Shown here: positions 60,728 through 64,000 of the stretch, piece after piece | Position numbering within the stretch: position 1 is the stretch's first letter | How the letters are laid out: every line of letters begins with the position of its first letter | Origin: Octopus bimaculoides | Taxonomy: Eukaryota | Direction: 5' to 3' | Length of the DNA stretch: 64,000 bases | NCBI RefSeq assembly: GCF_001194135.2 | Contig: NC_068987.1 | Span: 50,226,798 to 50,290,797 of the forward strand | Translations under genes and position numbers: made by a program | Notes under the pieces: model-generated | Told to the model about the DNA's origin: nothing | Database searches by the model: none | The model's input: the letters and a program-made list of their open reading frames with translations, nothing else

Positions 60728-60879
60728 GAGTGCCTGGCCGAGAACAAAAATTTGAGGAAAAAGCACGTAACTTTTTAAGTCAGTCAGCAAAACTTGCTGA
60801 AACTGCCAACATGGTGGCAACTGCTGGTGGCTGTGCAAACAAGAAAACTGTTGAGGCTATTTTTAGTACTTCTGCTCAG
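60728..60879 (+). CDS. VCL: Vinculin exon (GVPGREQKFEEKARNFLSQSAKLAETANMVATAGGCANKKTVEAIFSTSAQ)
   Basis: tttctag|GA...CAG|gtaaga; 152 nt, phase 1-0. Confidence 0.96.
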
Positions 60880-60903
60880 GTAAGACTTCTTTTTTATTCA
60901 TGC

Positions 60904-61059
60904 AAAAAGGACCCCTGCTAGTGCCACATAAAAAGCACCCCTGCTGGTGCCATATACAAAGCACCTGTGCTGGCACCATGTAAAAAGCACCCATGCTAGT
61001 GCCAAATAAAAAGCACTGGTGCTGGTTCCACATAAAAAGCACTCATGCTGGTGTTATAT
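60904..61059 (+). repeat. Six 26-nt tandem units (consensus AAAAAGCACCCNTGCTGGTGCCACAT) in a family-C repeat
   Basis: Units start at 60904, 60930, 60956, 60982, 61008 and 61034. Confidence 0.9.
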
Positions 61060-61802
61060 AAAAAAAGCACCCAGTACATTCATAATGTGGTTGGCATTAG
61101 GAAGGGCATCCGGTTGTGGAAACCATGCCAAAACAGGCATTTGGAGCCTGGTGCAGCTCTCCAGCTTGTCAGCTTCTGTCAAACGGTCCAACCTATGCCA
61201 GCATGGAAAAATGGATGTTAGATGATGATGATGATGATTCTCATTATGCCAAAGTATTTTGGAACAATTTAGGGTAAATTAAAAATTCCTTATTTGCTTT
61301 GTGTACAGTGGAATCTGGATGGATTATTTGAATATATTTTTAATATATTTAGGCAGGTTCAGACTCAAAATATGCTGGTGGCTGTAGGGTACTTCATAGG
61401 AGAATAACATGTCTCTTTAATGACAATAGCGTGTTTAATGCACTTGGCTCATTGGCACATGGGGTTCTGAGGCACCAGTGCTTCAACATGTTATGGACTT
61501 TCAAATATCTGGAGACAGTTATACTTGAAACAGTGTGTTTTAAAAATCATTTGTTACATTTGAAGTTTTAACGAAACTTTAGAAATTGTTTTCAAAGATT
61601 TTTTTACACTACATTTTCCATTTCCATTGTTTTAGCCACTGACTGTCTTCAGATGTCCTATTCATACCTGTGTACTTTATTTCTAATGTAGGTTAACATC
61701 AATATTTTAATGAATACACCACCATTGCATAGCATCTATTTTAGCGCAGATCTTATCCACGAAATATATGTTCAGTATGTGACTCTATAATATTTATTAC
61801 AG

Positions 61803-61980
61803 GCCAATGACTTGTCTCCTCAAGTTGTAAATGCTGCCAAAATAGTTCTGATCAATCCTACTAACCAAGCTGCTGTTGACCACTTTGATCTTCTGAAGAA
61901 ACAGTGGACTGAGAACATGGAGCGTCTACGGACATTGGTCGATGAGGCCACTGATACAGAAGCTTTTATTCTTGCCACAG
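61803..61980 (+). CDS. VCL: Vinculin exon (ANDLSPQVVNAAKIVLINPTNQAAVDHFDLLKKQWTENMERLRTLVDEATDTEAFILAT-E)
   Basis: ttattacag|GCC...ACAG|gtaagt; 178 nt, phase 0-1; LxPQVVxAAxIxLxNPxNQAAxxHF motif. Confidence 0.97.
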
Positions 61981-62233
61981 GTAAGTTAGAAACTGATCTA
62001 ATGTGTTGATATTACATGCTGTTTCTGTGTTCAAGTGAAGATTTATTTATTTATTTTTTTGTATTGAAAATACACATATTCATTTCATCTTCACCATTAC
62101 TTTAAAGTTTGGTTTTTATGCAGATATGAACTGGATATGTTTGCAGTATTGCTGTTTTACCTCAATGTTTCAACTTGTTAATGTTTACAGACACTCTCTT
62201 TCTCTCTCTCTCTCTATACATACACACACACAC

Positions 62234-62271
<38 letters not shown>

Positions 62272-63502
62272 GAATGACAACACTTGTATGAAGGTGACAC
62301 ACATACATAAGTGTGTGTTGCATTTGATATTGTTTCTGGTTACATTTTGTTTTTTATGAGGTGGTGGCTGAAATTATTGTGATTAGATATACTCACTACA
62401 ATGAAGTTAGTGACTCAAATGCCAAATATCATCTTACAAAGCTTTGAGCACTCACTTATCTTACTTTGGCTTAATCCTTTACACTTGATTGAAACATTAT
62501 CCCTGTTCCTTTTTAATATGTTATTTCTAAAATTAGTCACATGACATGTTTGGGACATGGCCAAGTTTAATATGACATAAAATATGCGTATGCACGTGTG
62601 TGTGTGTGCTCACAACTTGTGAAGCTAGTTGTGCTAAGTTATTGAGCCCATAGTCCATACTTCAGCTTTGCTGATACTCTATGAAGCTCATGTGCTATTC
62701 ACATCACCTCTATAGGATGGTTCTACTGCTACATAAAACCATTCTAGGTTACATCTAAAAGAAAGCCTTTCAACTAATTAATAAATATACACTCATCAAC
62801 ATACTTCAACCATAAGCTTACAGAAATGTTATTTCCTATCTCTATATCTTCAACTTCTACCCTAACAGCCTGTGCTTCTCTGAGCTAGCTAATTGAATAC
62901 TCAGGTTCACTGTCTTTCACTGTCCTATCACCACTATTATCTCATCCCCTTCTCCCATCTACTGTCTCTCATCTCCCTTCCTAATTCTTCCTCTCCAGAA
63001 TTATAACCCTTCAGAATCTCCTATGTCCCTCCTTTGCATTTTTCATGCAGACATTGACTTCCAGATATTCAAGCTAGATACTGGTTGCATCATTACCACG
63101 AAATCTGAGAGAAACCTGCAAAGGTCATGAGCTCTTCTTTTGCTTGCTTTAGCTAAATTATTAAAGGGAAAAGTTTTCAAGCATTGTTGGTTAAGTATGG
63201 CTACTGTTTTTTTTTTAAATGGTAAGCTCATCCATTTGATAAATAGAGATCAATAAAAAGAGCATCTGACTACACACTGGGGTCGATANNNNNNNNNNNN
63301 NNNNNNNNNNNNNNNNNNNNNNNNNNNNNNNNNNNNNNNNNNNNNNNNNNNNNNNNNNNNNNNNNNNNNNNNNNNNNNNNNNNNNNNNNNNNNNNNNNNN
63401 NNNNNNNNNNNNNNNNNNNNNNNNNNNNNNNNNNNNNNNNNNNNNNNNNNNNNNNNNNNNNNNNNNNNNNNNNNNNNNNNNNNNNNNNNNNNNNNNNNNN
63501 NN

Positions 63503-63565
<63 letters not shown>

Positions 63566-63604
63566 CTACATGCTGTTATTTAAATATTTTCTCTTCTTTT
63601 CCAG

Positions 63605-63802
63605 AACAAGGAATTCAGAAAGACAAAGAAAAGGTTGAAGAAGGAATTCGAACCATCAATCCTCCAATTATAGTTACTAACGCTTCCAATATTGCTCGGC
63701 GTGCAAACCGTGTACTGCAAGTTGCTCAACAAGAAGCAGAGAACAGTGAAGATCCACAGTTTGTGGAAAAAGTTAATTCTGCTTCTGATGTCCTGAAATC
63801 TA
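63605..63802 (+). CDS. VCL: Vinculin exon, last visible (EQGIQKDKEKVEEGIRTINPPIIVTNASNIARRANRVLQVAQQEAENSEDPQFVEKVNSASDVLKS)
   Basis: ttttccag|AA...TCTA|gtaggt; 198 nt, phase 1-1; IARRANRxLxVAxxExENSEDP vinculin signature. The gene continues beyond the window. Confidence 0.96.
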
Positions 63803-64000
63803 GTAGGTTCAAATTAGCATTTAGATTACTCTTTCAAATGTAATACTTATTTAGTCACATTATTTTGAATTAATCATGCATTATCTTGTAGCTTTGAGAT
63901 TTCAATGATGTGATTGTTTATTTTTAGAATGATATTGTAGGGTATGTGTAAGATGTCAGATCTGACCATATTGAACATAAAACAGGTAGAATATTTTGGC

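Noticed and set aside
60904-61075. Palindromic direct-repeat array resembling CRISPR
   Set aside because: No unique spacers, eukaryotic intron, no cas genes; it is a minisatellite within a retroelement UTR.

Overview
AT-rich, microsatellite-dense eukaryotic genomic DNA with about 12 N-gaps. The repeat families suggest an octopod cephalopod (Octopus-like); this is an inference from my recognition of the repeats, not a database hit. The window holds the middle of one + strand gene, vinculin. Thirteen coding exons (4418 to 63802, 1847 nt) splice at GT/AG sites into a near-continuous vinculin head region (D1, two internal repeats, start of D4). The first exon lies upstream and the tail exons downstream. 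One internal exon of about 50 codons is absent from the readable sequence and probably sits in an N-gap. The introns are packed with mobile DNA: a near full-length decayed RTE-clade LINE with a PHD finger, Gypsy pol remnants with a 3' LTR, a young solo LTR, mariner and Tc1 remnants, CR1-like and R4/Dong-like LINE 3' ends, Penelope-like (PLE) fragments, several MITE families and several tRNA-derived SINE families (named A, B, D and F here; C is the RTE 3' tail). The most unusual signals are two minimal hammerhead-ribozyme motifs on the minus strand, one in a unit arranged as GIY-YIG end, tRNA-like head, hammerhead, T-run. Also notable are convergent SINE arrays stacked in (ATT)n tracts that should fold back in the pre-mRNA, two near-perfect hairpins, and a frame-symmetric two-exon module equal to one vinculin repeat. 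There are no prokaryotic features and no CRISPR. Exon coordinates were counted to the base; repeat boundaries are approximate unless TIR or TSD coordinates are given.
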